64,000 nucleotides of DNA from an uncultured Nitrospiraceae bacterium (GCA_963811165.1 CAWEQH010000008.1:224001-288000); one strand, 5' to 3'; counted from the stretch's first letter, positions 1 through 10,760 are shown. Made by a program: numbers and translations. Notes: generated from the letters alone by a model not told the origin.

Positions 1-442
1 AGACCGCCCAGTAGTCAAATTTCTGGGCATAGGAATATTTTCCGAACCTCGGCTTCTTCTTTGACAGACCGAAGAAATACAGGAAATTCTGTATCACATC
101 AAAGACATCTTTGGGGAGGGGTATGATCGTTGTCTTTAAATTTATAGTCATCTGCTTCGTGGCGAATAGATAGAAAAGGTAGATCACATGCCAGATGAAA
201 TCTAGGAGCATGGTCACCCCGGCGACCCTGTGGATTATTCCGGCGGTTTCAGGGCCTCCCCAGACGCGTATCCACCAGCTCGATACGCCCGCCGGCTCAT
301 TGGCATATTTCAGGCCCCAGCCTGTAAAACTCAGGAGAAGAAAAGTCGTAAACATGAGAACGTGTTGTATACGGAACGTTACATTGAACCTCTCTATTTC
401 TTTGGGTATTCCCTGGGTAGTTGTCGTGTTGGTCTGGCTCAT
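1..442 (-). CDS. Cytochrome b subunit (FdnI/HyaC-like diheme membrane anchor), partial; runs off the window start
   Basis: Hand translation from ATG at 442: MSQTNTTTTQGIPKEIERFNVTFRIQHVLMFTTFLLLSFTG...IIHRVAGVTMLL...PRFGKYSYAQKFDYWAV, with RxQH, IHR and KY...KFDYW motifs. Start overlaps the upstream stop (TAATG). Not in the ORF track. Confidence 0.8.
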   Translation of the reverse strand, partial: MSQTNTTTTQGIPKEIERFNVTFRIQHVLMFTTFLLLSFTGWGLKYANEPAGVSSWWIRVWGGPETAGIIHRVAGVTMLLDFIWHVIYLFYLFATKQMTINLKTTIIPLPKDVFDVIQNFLYFFGLSKKKPRFGKYSYAQKFDYWAV

Positions 443-1368
443 TATTTGTGCCCCCCTTTTCTGAAGATTGCGTCCCTGATGTCGGAAAATGCCTCGAGCA
501 GCACATGGGAGATAATAAAGGTGAAGACACCCAGCACCAGCAGTATCAGCGCCTTCTCCGTATAATGAGGTATCGGTCCGGGACGTTTATGGGTGATGGC
601 CGGTATGAACTTCTCGTTGGCCCCTTTATGGCACTTGCCGCATGTCTGCAACCTGTTATTGCCAACAACAGGGGAATCCGGATCATTTTTTGACTTAATA
701 TCGTGAGCATTATGGCAGCTTGCGCAGACCGGGACTTTTGTATGCCCCAGATGGAGTTTCCTCCCGTGAAAACTCTCCTCGAAGCTGTCCATCACATTTT
801 CTTCCAGTTTATATTTCTCTATTATTTGTTTATCCCCGTGACACTTGCCGCAGGTTTCAACCTGTTGCTCCCGGCTGACCTTCGAAGCGGGATTCTTAAC
901 AGGGACAATATAATGAGGCGATCCGTGGCAGTCGATGCAGAGCGCGCCATCCGTCTGGTGTTTGTCCGTAATGTTTCTGCCGTGGACGCTGGTGAGTACT
1001 TTTTGGTAAATTTCGCTGTGACACTTGCTGCAGGCAGCCGCCGCCACTGGGTCGACCGGATATTTCTTGGAGATCTTTGCTGAAAGTGAGAGGACGTCTT
1101 GAGGCACCGATGCCCCGGGCGAAGCGTGGGGATTGTCCGTGAATTTCATATGACAGTCGGTACAGGCCAATGCCCCGTGGACTGAGGCCTGGAACTTTTC
1201 GGAGTTAATATTCAGCTCAATGAGATTACCACCGGTCGTCTTTATCCTTCCTTTCATCGAGCTGTGACAGGCGAGACAACCGGCCGATTCCTGCGCACTG
1301 ACGGCGAGGGGATGCAAGAGGGCGAGAACCAACAAAGGTACTACAAAAATGACCTTTCTGTATGGCAT
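442..1368 (-). CDS. Periplasmic heptaheme cytochrome c with C-terminal membrane helix
   Basis: Seven CxxCH motifs (CLACH, CTDCH, CSKCH, CIDCH, CGKCH, CASCH, CGKCH). Signal peptide from MPYRK (ATG 1368, GAGG upstream). C-terminal hydrophobic helix. Confidence 0.9.
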   Translation of the reverse strand: MPYRKVIFVVPLLVLALLHPLAVSAQESAGCLACHSSMKGRIKTTGGNLIELNINSEKFQASVHGALACTDCHMKFTDNPHASPGASVPQDVLSLSAKISKKYPVDPVAAAACSKCHSEIYQKVLTSVHGRNITDKHQTDGALCIDCHGSPHYIVPVKNPASKVSREQQVETCGKCHGDKQIIEKYKLEENVMDSFEESFHGRKLHLGHTKVPVCASCHNAHDIKSKNDPDSPVVGNNRLQTCGKCHKGANEKFIPAITHKRPGPIPHYTEKALILLVLGVFTFIISHVLLEAFSDIRDAIFRKGGHK

Positions 1369-1552
1369 AAGCACCTCAATAATTAAATTATAGCTATTGC
1401 GTAAGAATAGCTTGATGAAGCTATATCTGGAATTGCCAGGGGTATATATACACAAAATTACCCTTTCTTGTCAATGTAACTAATTTTATGGAGTCATTAA
1501 TCATAAGGGATAGATGCATCCCGTATTAAGGTGCAGAGACCGGCGGAAATCT

Positions 1553-2365
1553 CTAACGCTCATGAAAACCGACTATGGATATCTTCGATTTTTCGGCTTT
1601 CTTCAGCAATTCTTCTCTGTTGAGAAGAATGCTTTTCTTTGCCTCAAGGGCCAACACGCGCGCCTTTGCCTCGATCATTGCCCTGAGGGTGTCCATGCCT
1701 ACTACCGGCACATCAAACCTCATGTCCTGCTGAGGCTTGCTCACCTTTATTACGACGGCCCCGTGTCCGGCAAGTGTCCCCCCTCTTCGTATCGCCGCGT
1801 CGGTTCCCTCTATCGCCTCAACTGCCATTACCGCTTGATTTTTCACAACCACCGTCTGTCCGATGTCCAATCTTCCCATTTCCTTTGCCATCTTGAAGCC
1901 AAAGGCAATGTCCTTCCATTCATCTTCAGATGGGGCGCTTTTGGTTAGGGTGCCTTCGGGAGTCAACAGCTGAGAACTGAAATCGGTCGTATTTAAAAGT
2001 GTGATGCCGTCTTTTTCGAGCTCTTTCGTTATGGCAAGAAGTATTGCATCGTCGCTCCGGTCCTTCAAGGAAAAGAGAACCTTAACCGCGCGAAGGTCGG
2101 GTGTGATCTTGCTCTTATAGAGAAGTGATTTTGGGACCTTCCCGGCCATTACCGCCTCTTTTATGCCTGCTTTTTTTAACGCGTCAATAACAGAACCGAG
2201 CTTGCCGACGTTGATCCATTTTATCTCATCGACGGCAGAAGCGATCGCCATTTCACAAACAGGTTCAAGTCCGATGGCGAATACGAAATATCCCCTTGCG
2301 CGGGCCTCCTCCGCAACGGCAATCGGGAGTTCACCACTGCCGGATATAAGACCCAACTTCTTCAT
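1553..2365 (-). CDS. lpxI: UDP-2,3-diacylglucosamine diphosphatase LpxI
   Basis: LGLISGSGELP, LDIGQTVVV, AVEAIEGTD and PQQDMRFDVP motifs; follows lpxA. Confidence 0.9.
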   Translation of the reverse strand: MKKLGLISGSGELPIAVAEEARARGYFVFAIGLEPVCEMAIASAVDEIKWINVGKLGSVIDALKKAGIKEAVMAGKVPKSLLYKSKITPDLRAVKVLFSLKDRSDDAILLAITKELEKDGITLLNTTDFSSQLLTPEGTLTKSAPSEDEWKDIAFGFKMAKEMGRLDIGQTVVVKNQAVMAVEAIEGTDAAIRRGGTLAGHGAVVIKVSKPQQDMRFDVPVVGMDTLRAMIEAKARVLALEAKKSILLNREELLKKAEKSKISIVGFHER

Positions 2366-2369
2366 TAAT

Positions 2370-3149
2370 CTATCTGCAGATCCCCCGTTTATTTTTTTCA
2401 ATGAATTCGACGAGATGTTTGACCTCATTGGAGGCGGGGAAATCCTCTTGCACTTTCTTCAGCGCGTCTTTAAGGGTGCGCTTCTCTCTGAAAAGTATTT
2501 TGTAAGCTTTTTTTATCTCGGTGATGGTCTTTTCAGGGAACCCGTGCCTCTGTAACCCGATAGTATTGGGGCCGAAGAGCTTTGCCCTTGCACCCGCGGC
2601 TATCATGTAGGGCGGGATATCCTGCCCTATGCCGCTGAAGCCGCCCACCATAGCGTATGTTCCTATCCTAGTGAACTGGTGGATGGCGACGACGCCGCCA
2701 ATGTATGCATGGTCCTCAACAAGGATGTGGCCGGCGAGGGTCGCCGCATTCGTCATGATGACATTGCTGCCGATCTTGCAGTCGTGGGCAATATGTACAT
2801 AAGCCATCAGGAAATTGTTGTCGCCAATCGACGTGGCTCCGTCGCCGCCTACGGACGCCCGGTGGATAGAGACGTATTCCCGCACGATGTTACCGTCCCC
2901 GATGGTAAGCCCGGTCTCTTCGCCTCTGTATTTGAGGTCCTGCGGAGGGAAGCCTATGCTCGTGAAGGGATGGAAGACACAGTTCTCGCCGATCTCGGTA
3001 ATGCCTTCGACTATTACATTCGAAAGAAGTCTCGTCCCTTTTTTTATTCTTACGCCGCCTTTTATTATGCAGAAGGGGCCTATTTCGACATTACCGTCTA
3101 TTTCTGCTTTTGAGTCCACTATCGCAGAGGGATGTATTTTCGTTTTCAT
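2370..3149 (-). CDS. lpxA: Acyl-ACP--UDP-GlcNAc O-acyltransferase
   Basis: IHPSAIV, PQDLKY, HIAHDC and IHQF motifs; hexapeptide repeats; start taken at MKTKIH. Confidence 0.95.
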   Translation of the reverse strand: MKTKIHPSAIVDSKAEIDGNVEIGPFCIIKGGVRIKKGTRLLSNVIVEGITEIGENCVFHPFTSIGFPPQDLKYRGEETGLTIGDGNIVREYVSIHRASVGGDGATSIGDNNFLMAYVHIAHDCKIGSNVIMTNAATLAGHILVEDHAYIGGVVAIHQFTRIGTYAMVGGFSGIGQDIPPYMIAAGARAKLFGPNTIGLQRHGFPEKTITEIKKAYKILFREKRTLKDALKKVQEDFPASNEVKHLVEFIEKNKRGICR

Positions 3150-3154
3150 TATCT

Positions 3155-3586
3155 TCAGATCTCCTTGTCCGTTACCATCGCGGTGAATTCGGCTTCCGAG
3201 ACCAATTTCCCATCGACGGTTGCCGTGCCGGAAAATCTCCATACATTGCCTCTTTGCTTGAGCACTTTTATATCCATGATAACCTGGTCGCCCGGCACCA
3301 CGGGGCGTCTGAATTTTGCATTGTCGATACTCATAAAATACACTACTTTTCCTTCAACGCCGGAACTAAACGCCATGACCCCTGCAACCTGGGCCATGGC
3401 CTCTATGATGAGCACACCCGGCATGATCGGCTGCCCCGGAAAATGTCCCTGGAAGAAGGGCTCATTAATAGTGACGTTCTTCACCCCCGTTGCGCTTACG
3501 CCCGGCTGAAAATCGGCAATCCTGTCAACAAGGAGAAACGGGTATCTGTGAGGAAGGAGTTTCATTATTTCATTTACTGTCATCAT
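3155..3586 (-). CDS. fabZ: 3-hydroxyacyl-ACP dehydratase
   Basis: [12 protein letters not shown] and [21 protein letters not shown] motifs. Confidence 0.97.
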   Translation of the reverse strand: MMTVNEIMKLLPHRYPFLLVDRIADFQPGVSATGVKNVTINEPFFQGHFPGQPIMPGVLIIEAMAQVAGVMAFSSGVEGKVVYFMSIDNAKFRRPVVPGDQVIMDIKVLKQRGNVWRFSGTATVDGKLVSEAEFTAMVTDKEI

Positions 3587-4604
3587 AAGTATCTCCCTTT
3601 TCCAATTTATTTAGTCTTTTTTCAAGTTCTCTTATTTTTTTGTTCATTTCGGGAAGTTTCGCAAATGCCGCCTGTGCCCGCAGCCAGATATTATGCGGAA
3701 TAGCAGGAGATCCCGAATACGTCCCTTTTTCCACGCGCCCGGAGATCCCGGATTGTGCGGTGAGTATCGTTCCGGAATCTATTAAGGCATGGTCTGCCAC
3801 GCCTGCCTGGCCTGCCAAAACCACGAAACTCCCGATCTCGCTGCTTCCCGCGATCCCTACCTGGGAGACGATCAAAGATTTTTCACCTATTTTTACGTTA
3901 TGTGCGATCTGCACCAAATTATCTATCTTCGTTCCCTGACTTATCAAGGTGTTACCCAGGGTAGCCCGGTCTATAGAGACGTTCGAGCCGATCTCGACGT
4001 CGTCTTCGATAACGACCCCTCCTACCTGCGGTATTTTATAATGGATTCCGTTTTCGAAAGCGTAGCCAAAGCCGTCTGACCCTATGACCGTGCCGGAATG
4101 AACGATTACCCGATCCCCGATCGAGACTTTTTCCCTTATCGTCACGTTTGGGTAGATAATACAGTCGCAGCCGATCTTCGATTCCTTACCTATGAAAACA
4201 CCCGGCGATATGACCGTCCTGTCGCCGATACACGCATTTTTTTCCACGTAGGCAAATGCGGATATGACCACGTCCATGCCTATTTTTGCTTTATCCGAAA
4301 CATATGCACTGTTACTTATACCGGGTTCATGGTGCCCAGCGGGATAAAAGCATTCTATTGCCTTGGCAAAAGCATAATGCGGATTTTGCACTTTTAGCTG
4401 GGCTATGCCTACATCTTCGAATGGTTCATTGACAATGACGCAGGCGGCCTCACTTCTACGTACTTCTTGCAGAAACCTCGTTGATGACGCGAAGGTTATG
4501 TCCCCTTTTCTTGCGTCCTTGATGCCCGCGACCCCTATAATTTCTATACCCGGGTCGCCTATTATCGTACCATTTACGATTTCAGAAAAATCTTTTAATT
4601 TCAT
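3570..4604 (-). CDS. lpxD: UDP-3-O-acylglucosamine N-acyltransferase
   Basis: [16 protein letters not shown] and [12 protein letters not shown] motifs. Confidence 0.95.
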   Translation of the reverse strand: MKLKDFSEIVNGTIIGDPGIEIIGVAGIKDARKGDITFASSTRFLQEVRRSEAACVIVNEPFEDVGIAQLKVQNPHYAFAKAIECFYPAGHHEPGISNSAYVSDKAKIGMDVVISAFAYVEKNACIGDRTVISPGVFIGKESKIGCDCIIYPNVTIREKVSIGDRVIVHSGTVIGSDGFGYAFENGIHYKIPQVGGVVIEDDVEIGSNVSIDRATLGNTLISQGTKIDNLVQIAHNVKIGEKSLIVSQVGIAGSSEIGSFVVLAGQAGVADHALIDSGTILTAQSGISGRVEKGTYSGSPAIPHNIWLRAQAAFAKLPEMNKKIRELEKRLNKLEKGDTYDDSK

Positions 4605-4733
4605 CGAATAACCCTGTGAATCAGAAGGTCAGGCACACGCCCGACAGCCTGCCTTTCATGACTGCCCTTTTCCCGATAGAAAAAATAATAGGTCAAATTA
4701 GCATTCCGGCAGTTTGTTCTCAAGATAAAGAAG

Positions 4734-4760
4734 GCCCCCTACTCCTAAGAAGCAGGAGGC
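4734..4760 (-). terminator. Probable intrinsic terminator/attenuator after skp
   Basis: Minus strand GCCTCCTGCTTC-TTAG-GAGTAGGGGGC hairpin (G-U pairs) followed by CTTCTTT. Confidence 0.5.
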
Positions 4761-4794
4761 TCGAAATGGAAATACTACTTTGGTACAGACAACG

Positions 4795-5325
4795 TTATTT
4801 CTTGCTCTTTGCCCTTGATGACTCATTATATTTCTTTATCACGACATCCGTCAGGTTGATGTCTTTTTTGGAATAGAGGACCAGTCCATCCGCGTTCTCA
4901 AGGATTATCGTATACCCTGCCTCTGCTCCCATTTTTTCGACAATGGCCCGTATGTCTTTTAGAATGTCACCCGTGAGTTCGCTTTCTTTTTTCTTGACTT
5001 CACTTTGGGAATCAGTAACCAGTCTCTGATATTCTCTCATTAATTTTTCGAGATCCTCTTCTTTCGACTTCTTTGCCTCGGCTGACAAGACCGAGGACTG
5101 TTTCTCAAGGTCCGCCTTCAATTTTTCTATCTCCTTGCCTTTTTCATCCAGGACGGACTGTTTTGATTTGATCAACGTCTCGAGGTCGGCCTTTGCTTTC
5201 TTGCCTGAATCCGATTCGTTTAAGGCCTTCATCAGATCGACGATGCCGACTTTCATATCAGCATGCACACTGCTTCCTGCAAACAGAACCAGGACAACTA
5301 CCAACAATAACGTTTTTTTCATCAT
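4795..5325 (-). CDS. skp: Periplasmic chaperone Skp/OmpH
   Basis: Signal peptide, KVGIVD, long coiled coil, DINLTDVVIK; lies between bamA and lpxD. Confidence 0.9.
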   Translation of the reverse strand: MMKKTLLLVVVLVLFAGSSVHADMKVGIVDLMKALNESDSGKKAKADLETLIKSKQSVLDEKGKEIEKLKADLEKQSSVLSAEAKKSKEEDLEKLMREYQRLVTDSQSEVKKKESELTGDILKDIRAIVEKMGAEAGYTIILENADGLVLYSKKDINLTDVVIKKYNESSRAKSKK

Positions 5326-5342
5326 TTTTTTCTCCTTCTCCT

Positions 5343-7613
5343 TTAAAAAAAGCTTCCGAAAGCAAATTCAAATTTGCCGGCACTTTCACCGGGTCTTTTC
5401 TGTATATTATATCCCCACTCAATCCTGATAGGCCCGATCGGGGAGATCCACCTGATCCCTGTGCCGGTCGTATATCTTAAGATGCCAAAGGAATCGGATG
5501 TGGCATTCGCGTTCGCGCAGGAAGATCCCGAGCATCCGTATGAGTTGCCCGCATCGAAAAAGACGACACCCTTCAACTTCATATCGGGAAGGATGGGGAA
5601 GACGTACTCGGCATTGAAGATCAGTTCCGACGTACCGCCGATTCCATCGAGAGTGGCCTTATCTATCGGCCCGGCTTCAGCGAACCCGAGCCCTCTCACT
5701 GTGTATATGCCGCCTACAAAGAAATTTTCATAAAGAGGGACTGTCTTATCAAACAGCCCCTTTATATACCCGATACGGCCCCTCAGCATGATACTCGTTG
5801 GGCCGATCGGAAAGTACCAGGCAGAATCCGCGGCCGCTTTGATGAAGTAATTATCGCCCCCGATTCCGGCATACGTTACTGAAAGGGCATTTCTCGACCC
5901 CCGCGACGGATCCAGGTAGTTGTCCCGTGAATCTCTTGCAATAGTCGGAGTGATGCTGCTCGTAAGCTTTGTCCCCTTCTGATCGAATATTATCGGCGAT
6001 GACCCTGGTGTGATATTTGAGAGAGTGGCCCTCTCAAAATTATATGACACATCGGCGTTCCAGTATTCGCCGAAATTCTTTCCGAGGCCGAGGAAAAACC
6101 CGTATGCCTCCTTGTTATATTCCGTGTAATTGCGCGTCGTTCTATATATACCCGTATTCAGGGCAATAGGTCTATCGAGAAACCACGGCTCCTTAAACGA
6201 GATTTCGTAAAGCGAACTCAGTCCGCCGAGTTCTCCCTTGATTTTCAGATACTGACCTTTCCCGAAGAGGTTTCCCTGTGTCAGGTCCGCGGTCGCGATG
6301 AATTTATCCACCGAGCTATAGCCCCCGCCTATACTCAGGAAGCCAGTGGGTTTTTCCTTGACTCTGACATCGAGGTCTACCACCTTTTCTTCATATTTTG
6401 GCTTTGGCACTATGTCGACGGATTCGAAAAATTGGAGGTTATTGATCCTCTCATACGTTCTCTTTAGTTTGGAACTGCTGAAGATCTCGCCTTCATCGAA
6501 CCTGATTTCACGCCTGATGACCTTGTCCCTTGTCTTTGTATTGCCCGATACCTCGATTCTTCCGACCCGGTATTTCTCTCCCTCGCTTATAGAGAGGGAA
6601 ACGTGTACGGTCTTGTCATTTTCATCAGGGACGAGATCGGGCATCACAGAGACCAGCGCGTACCCGTTATCGGAATAGAGGGCGGAGATCGCCTGTATGT
6701 TTTTTTCGAGTTGGCTCTTGCTGAACACACTCTTTGGTGAAATGGTAATCAGTTTCCTGATAGCGGCATCATCGTAAACCTTGTTCCCGCTAAAATCTAT
6801 AGAGGAGACCTTATACTGGTCGCCCTCGGATACCCTGACCGTTATGGTCATGCCTTTTCTTTCTTTGTCGACCGTTATCTCGGGTTCGGCAACGACCACT
6901 TTGATATACCCGTTATCAAAATAAAGGGCCTTAATCTTATCAACATCCTCGTCCATCTGGGCCTTTTTGTAATATCCCGACGATGTCACAAATGAAAAAA
7001 GCCACCATTCCTTTGTTTTCATCGCCTTTTTGATCTTTGACGAAGAAATGTGCTTATTGCCTTCGACAAAGATTTTCCTTATTTTTATCTTCGAGCCTTC
7101 GTCGATCTGGTAGGTAAGTCCTATCTCATCTTCGGATATCTTCTTGGTGACCGGTACTATGTTGGCGAGCCAATAGCCTTCCTCCTCATAAAAACTCTTT
7201 AATTTGAGGGCATTATCCTGTATCAGGACCGTATCTGCGATCGCCCCGGCGGTGATTGTTATTTTTTCCTTGAGCTTGGAGTCCTCAATTTCTTTGTTGC
7301 CCTGGAAGTCAACCTTAACTATAGTGGGTTTTTCCTTGACAATAAAAATAAGCCTGACGCCGCCTTCAAAGGGTTCTATCTCGACTTTTACGTCGTCGAA
7401 GTATCCCATTTTGAAGATAGACTTAATATCTTCATTTATTTTGTCCTGAGAAACAGGTTCGCCTATCCTTTGAGATATCTTGGCTTTTATCGCCCCTTCT
7501 TCTATGCGCTTTAACCCCTGAATATTGATCTTGTTTACAGTCGGCAGCTCCTCTGCAAAGACGATGCCCGATGTAAAAAAGACACACAATAATATAAATA
7601 ACAATCGACGCAT
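5343..7613 (-). CDS. bamA: Outer membrane protein assembly factor BamA
   Basis: POTRA repeats (GNTKTRDKVIRRE), VRGL motif, SPIGPIR, C-terminal Phe. Confidence 0.95.
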   Translation of the reverse strand: MRRLLFILLCVFFTSGIVFAEELPTVNKINIQGLKRIEEGAIKAKISQRIGEPVSQDKINEDIKSIFKMGYFDDVKVEIEPFEGGVRLIFIVKEKPTIVKVDFQGNKEIEDSKLKEKITITAGAIADTVLIQDNALKLKSFYEEEGYWLANIVPVTKKISEDEIGLTYQIDEGSKIKIRKIFVEGNKHISSSKIKKAMKTKEWWLFSFVTSSGYYKKAQMDEDVDKIKALYFDNGYIKVVVAEPEITVDKERKGMTITVRVSEGDQYKVSSIDFSGNKVYDDAAIRKLITISPKSVFSKSQLEKNIQAISALYSDNGYALVSVMPDLVPDENDKTVHVSLSISEGEKYRVGRIEVSGNTKTRDKVIRREIRFDEGEIFSSSKLKRTYERINNLQFFESVDIVPKPKYEEKVVDLDVRVKEKPTGFLSIGGGYSSVDKFIATADLTQGNLFGKGQYLKIKGELGGLSSLYEISFKEPWFLDRPIALNTGIYRTTRNYTEYNKEAYGFFLGLGKNFGEYWNADVSYNFERATLSNITPGSSPIIFDQKGTKLTSSITPTIARDSRDNYLDPSRGSRNALSVTYAGIGGDNYFIKAAADSAWYFPIGPTSIMLRGRIGYIKGLFDKTVPLYENFFVGGIYTVRGLGFAEAGPIDKATLDGIGGTSELIFNAEYVFPILPDMKLKGVVFFDAGNSYGCSGSSCANANATSDSFGILRYTTGTGIRWISPIGPIRIEWGYNIQKRPGESAGKFEFAFGSFF

Positions 7614-7781
7614 ATTTTTCTCCGTGCTCTATGCTGGGTTCAGTCTTAAAACTCGATAAGTATAGCACTGAGACAGGGGGAAAAGTAAAGCAAGAAAATG
7701 GGATAACAATGCAGAATGAAGGCCATTTTTAATTTTTTTGACGTCAAGTCAATAAATAATTATAATTAATAGATTAATTTA

Positions 7782-7817
7782 TTTTATTTGACCAACATAT
7801 AAAAGGTGTTTTAAGCT
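7782..7817 (+). promoter_or_regulatory. Putative sigma70-type promoter of dsrAB
   Basis: TTGACC (7788-7793)-18 bp-TAAGCT (7812-7817). The 14-mer TTTTATTTGACCAA is identical to the one upstream of dsrC. Confidence 0.55.
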
Positions 7818-7885
7818 TTTTAGCGCTTGCAATTTGGCGCTTAATTGGGCTACGAAAAAAAATCACCATAAAGAAGGAGGATTAG

Positions 7886-9115
7886 ATGAAGAAGTATAAT
7901 ACGCCTTTACTTGACGAGTTGGAAAAAGGTCCATGGCCGAGCTTCGTCACCGAGATGAAGAAGGCCGCCAAGAAAAACGAGATGTCAAACGATGCAGTAG
8001 GACATCTTGAAAAGTGTTACACCACCAAGATGGGTTACTGGAAACATGGTGGTATAGTCGGTGTCCTCGGTTATGGAGGCGGGGTCATCGGAAGATATTC
8101 TGAAATAGGTGATGAGTTCCCGGGAGTAGCGCATTTCCACACGGTGAGACTTAACCAGCCGAGCGCTTTCTTCTATACGAGCAAGGCACTGAAAGAGATA
8201 TGTGACATCTGGGACAAGTATGGAAGCGGTCTCACAAACGTGCATGGTTCAACCGGTGACCTTGTGCTTCTCGGCTGTAGAGACAGAAGCCCTCGAGACT
8301 ATATTCGCAGAGTATTCTTCCCGCGGATGGGACCTGGGCAGTTCCGGTTCAGCGCTCAGGACCCCGAGCTGCTGTGTAGGACCGGCCCGCTGCGAATGGG
8401 CCAACTATGATACCCTCGGTCTCAATTACGCCCTCACCCAGGAATTTCAGGATGAGATGCACAGGCCGATCGTTCTCGTACAAATTCAAGTTCAAACTCT
8501 CAGGCTGTGCCTGCGACTGCGTTGCCTCTATCGCCCGTTCGGACATGTCCATCATAGGCACCTGGAAAGGCGATATCCAGATCGACCAGAAGGAAGTCAA
8601 GAACTATTCCTCCAAGATGGATATCAATGCTGAGATCGTCAATATGTGCCCTACCCAGTGCATGAGCTATGACGGGAAAGAGCTGAAGATCAACAACGCG
8701 GAGTGCAACAGGTGCATGCACTGTATCAGCCAGGATGACAAAGGCCTTAAGGCCGGGCAAAGAAAAGGGAGCTACGATCTGCATAGGCAGCAAGGCCCCG
8801 ATTGTTGTCGGCTCGCTGCTTTCATGGGTTGTAATCCCTTTTATAAAGCTTGAGCCGCCTTATACGGAACTGAAAGATTTGATCAGAAAGGTCTGGGATT
8901 GGTGGGATGATAACGCAAAACCGAGAGAGAGGATCGGCGAGGTCATTGAGATGAAAGGTATGAGGTCGTTCCTCGAGGCTATTGGCGTGCCGCCTATGCC
9001 GCAGCAGATCAAAGAGCCGAGAAAAGATCCGTTCATGTTCTACACCGAGGATGATGTCGCATCATATAAGGCAAAGGAAGCCGAAGAGAAGAAGACCGGA
9101 AAATACAAATTCTAA
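7886..9115 (+). CDS. dsrA: Dissimilatory sulfite reductase alpha subunit (three +1 frameshifts, ~8282, 8469, 8734)
   Basis: [45 protein letters not shown] and [14 protein letters not shown] siroheme-[4Fe-4S] motifs, [14 protein letters not shown], spread across ORFs 7886/8202/8407/8735. Confidence 0.95.
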
Positions 9116-9145
9116 ATAAATATTTATATTAAGGAGGAATATAAG

Positions 9146-10217
9146 ATGGCATTACCACAGAGAAAAACAGACATAGGGCCGCCTCATTTTGAGCAGTTTC
9201 TGCCGCCCGTAATCAAGAAGAATTACGGCAAGTGGAAATATCATGAAGTGATCACTCCCGGCACCATGGTGCATGTTGCCGAAAGCGGCGACAAGTTGTG
9301 GACGGTAAGAGTGGCGTCCCCAAGGCTTTTGGCCACCGATACGATCCGTGAGCATTGTGATATCGCGGAGAAATACTGTGGCGGGCATCTTCGTTATACA
9401 ACAAGAAACAACGTCGAATTTCTCGTATCCGACGAGAAGCAACTCGAACCCCTGAAGAAAGACCTGACCGCCCGCGGTTTCAAGATGGGCGGTATCGGCT
9501 ATGGTATCACGAACGTCGTGCATACCCAGGGATGGGTCCACTGCCACAGCGCTGCAACAGACGCATCAGGGCTTGTGAAATCGATGATGGACGAGCTCTA
9601 TGAATATTTTGAGTCTAAGAGGCTCCCCAACAAGGTCAGACTCGCGGTCGCATGCTGCGTGAATATGTGCGGAGCGGTTCACTGTTCGGATATCGCTATC
9701 GTTGCCGTTCATACAAAGGTCCCTACAGTCAACCACGAGAACTTTAAAAATATGTGCGAGCTGCCGACAGTCATCGGTTCGTGTCCTACCCGCGCGATCA
9801 GCCCTGATCCTGCAAATAAGAGCGTCAAGATTAACCCTGATAAGTGCATGTATTGCGGTAACTGTTTCACCGTATGTCCGCCTATCAGCATCAAGAACCC
9901 GGAGACGCGACGGCATTGCCATAGTCGTAGGCGGAAAGGTAAACAGTTTAAGAAGCAATCCTAAGTTCTCGAAGCTTGTCATCCCCTATATCTCCAATGA
10001 ACCGCCGAGATGGCCTAAGGTCGTCGCTGCCGTAAAGCATATCGTTGAGGTCTATGGCGCGAATGCAAGAAAGCATGAAAGGATAGGCGAGTGGATAGAG
10101 AGGGTCGGCTGGGAGAGGTTCTTCTCGCTTACCGGTATCGAGTTTACATTCCAGTCTATCGACGACTTCACGTTCATGAGAGATACCCTGAGGACGTCAT
10201 CAACGTTTAAATGGTAG
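9146..10217 (+). CDS. dsrB: Dissimilatory sulfite reductase beta subunit (one frameshift, ~9905)
   Basis: [54 protein letters not shown] and [16 protein letters not shown] motifs. Confidence 0.95.
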
Positions 10218-10247
10218 TATAATTCTTAAATAGGAGTATAATTGATT

Positions 10248-10276
10248 GAGGCAGCAGTTCAAAAGACTGCTGCCTC
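10248..10276 (+). other. Perfect 11-bp inverted repeat between dsrB and dsrD
   Basis: GAGGCAGCAGT (10248-10258) / ACTGCTGCCTC (10266-10276); no U-tract. Confidence 0.6.
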
Positions 10277-10316
10277 GGGATAAATCTGGAAAAAATATAT
10301 CACGGGGGTAGAGTAC

Positions 10317-10565
10317 ATGGAGACAGCAGAACTGCAAGACAAGATTTTTGCCTTCGTAGAAGCGGCAAAGGGCAAGAAGAAGCTGAAAGAGAAGGATATC
10401 CTTAAGGGTGTGTCCGCCGAGCAAAATGTATCGCCCGATGATGTCAAAAAGGCCATGAGAGCGATGATAGACGTGGGAAGACTCATGTATTCATATGGAG
10501 GCGGAGCCAGTTCCGTCGAGATCCCGAGTGAAGAGTATCTTAGAGAAAAAGGTCTCATAAAGTAA
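10317..10565 (+). CDS. dsrD: DsrD, small DsrAB activator
   Basis: 82 aa directly after dsrB; VKKAMRAMIDVGRLMYSYGGGASSV resembles the DsrD winged-helix/GG hairpin region. Confidence 0.8.
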   Translation: METAELQDKIFAFVEAAKGKKKLKEKDILKGVSAEQNVSPDDVKKAMRAMIDVGRLMYSYGGGASSVEIPSEEYLREKGLIK

Positions 10566-10590
10566 TAATCATTTCAATGCTTACATAATA

Positions 10591-10612
10591 CAGAGGGGCA
10601 TCGGCCCCTCTG
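10591..10612 (+). terminator. Hairpin after dsrD, probable terminator
   Basis: CAGAGGGGC-ATCG-GCCCCTCTG perfect stem; weak U-tract. Confidence 0.5.
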
Positions 10613-10760
10613 TGCCCGCTGTTTTGGTCCTCTGCCTTATTGCGCAGGATTATGTTGTCAAGTGCCAATTTGTTGAAAATCTGTCTCTAATTGAGTCACA
10701 ATACCGATAGTTCTCTATTGTTGACCAAGGTAAGAATCTCACAGGAGAAATTGTGCAGGC

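Noticed and set aside
10231..10283. 13-codon micro-ORF (TTG start after TAGGAG) between dsrB and dsrD
   Set aside because: Very short, weak start codon, and fully explained by the hairpin sequence.
10716..10728. Third TTGACCAA copy as the dsrN promoter
   Set aside because: Too close to the start codon: a -10 would fall on the RBS, and the upstream T-tract match is imperfect.
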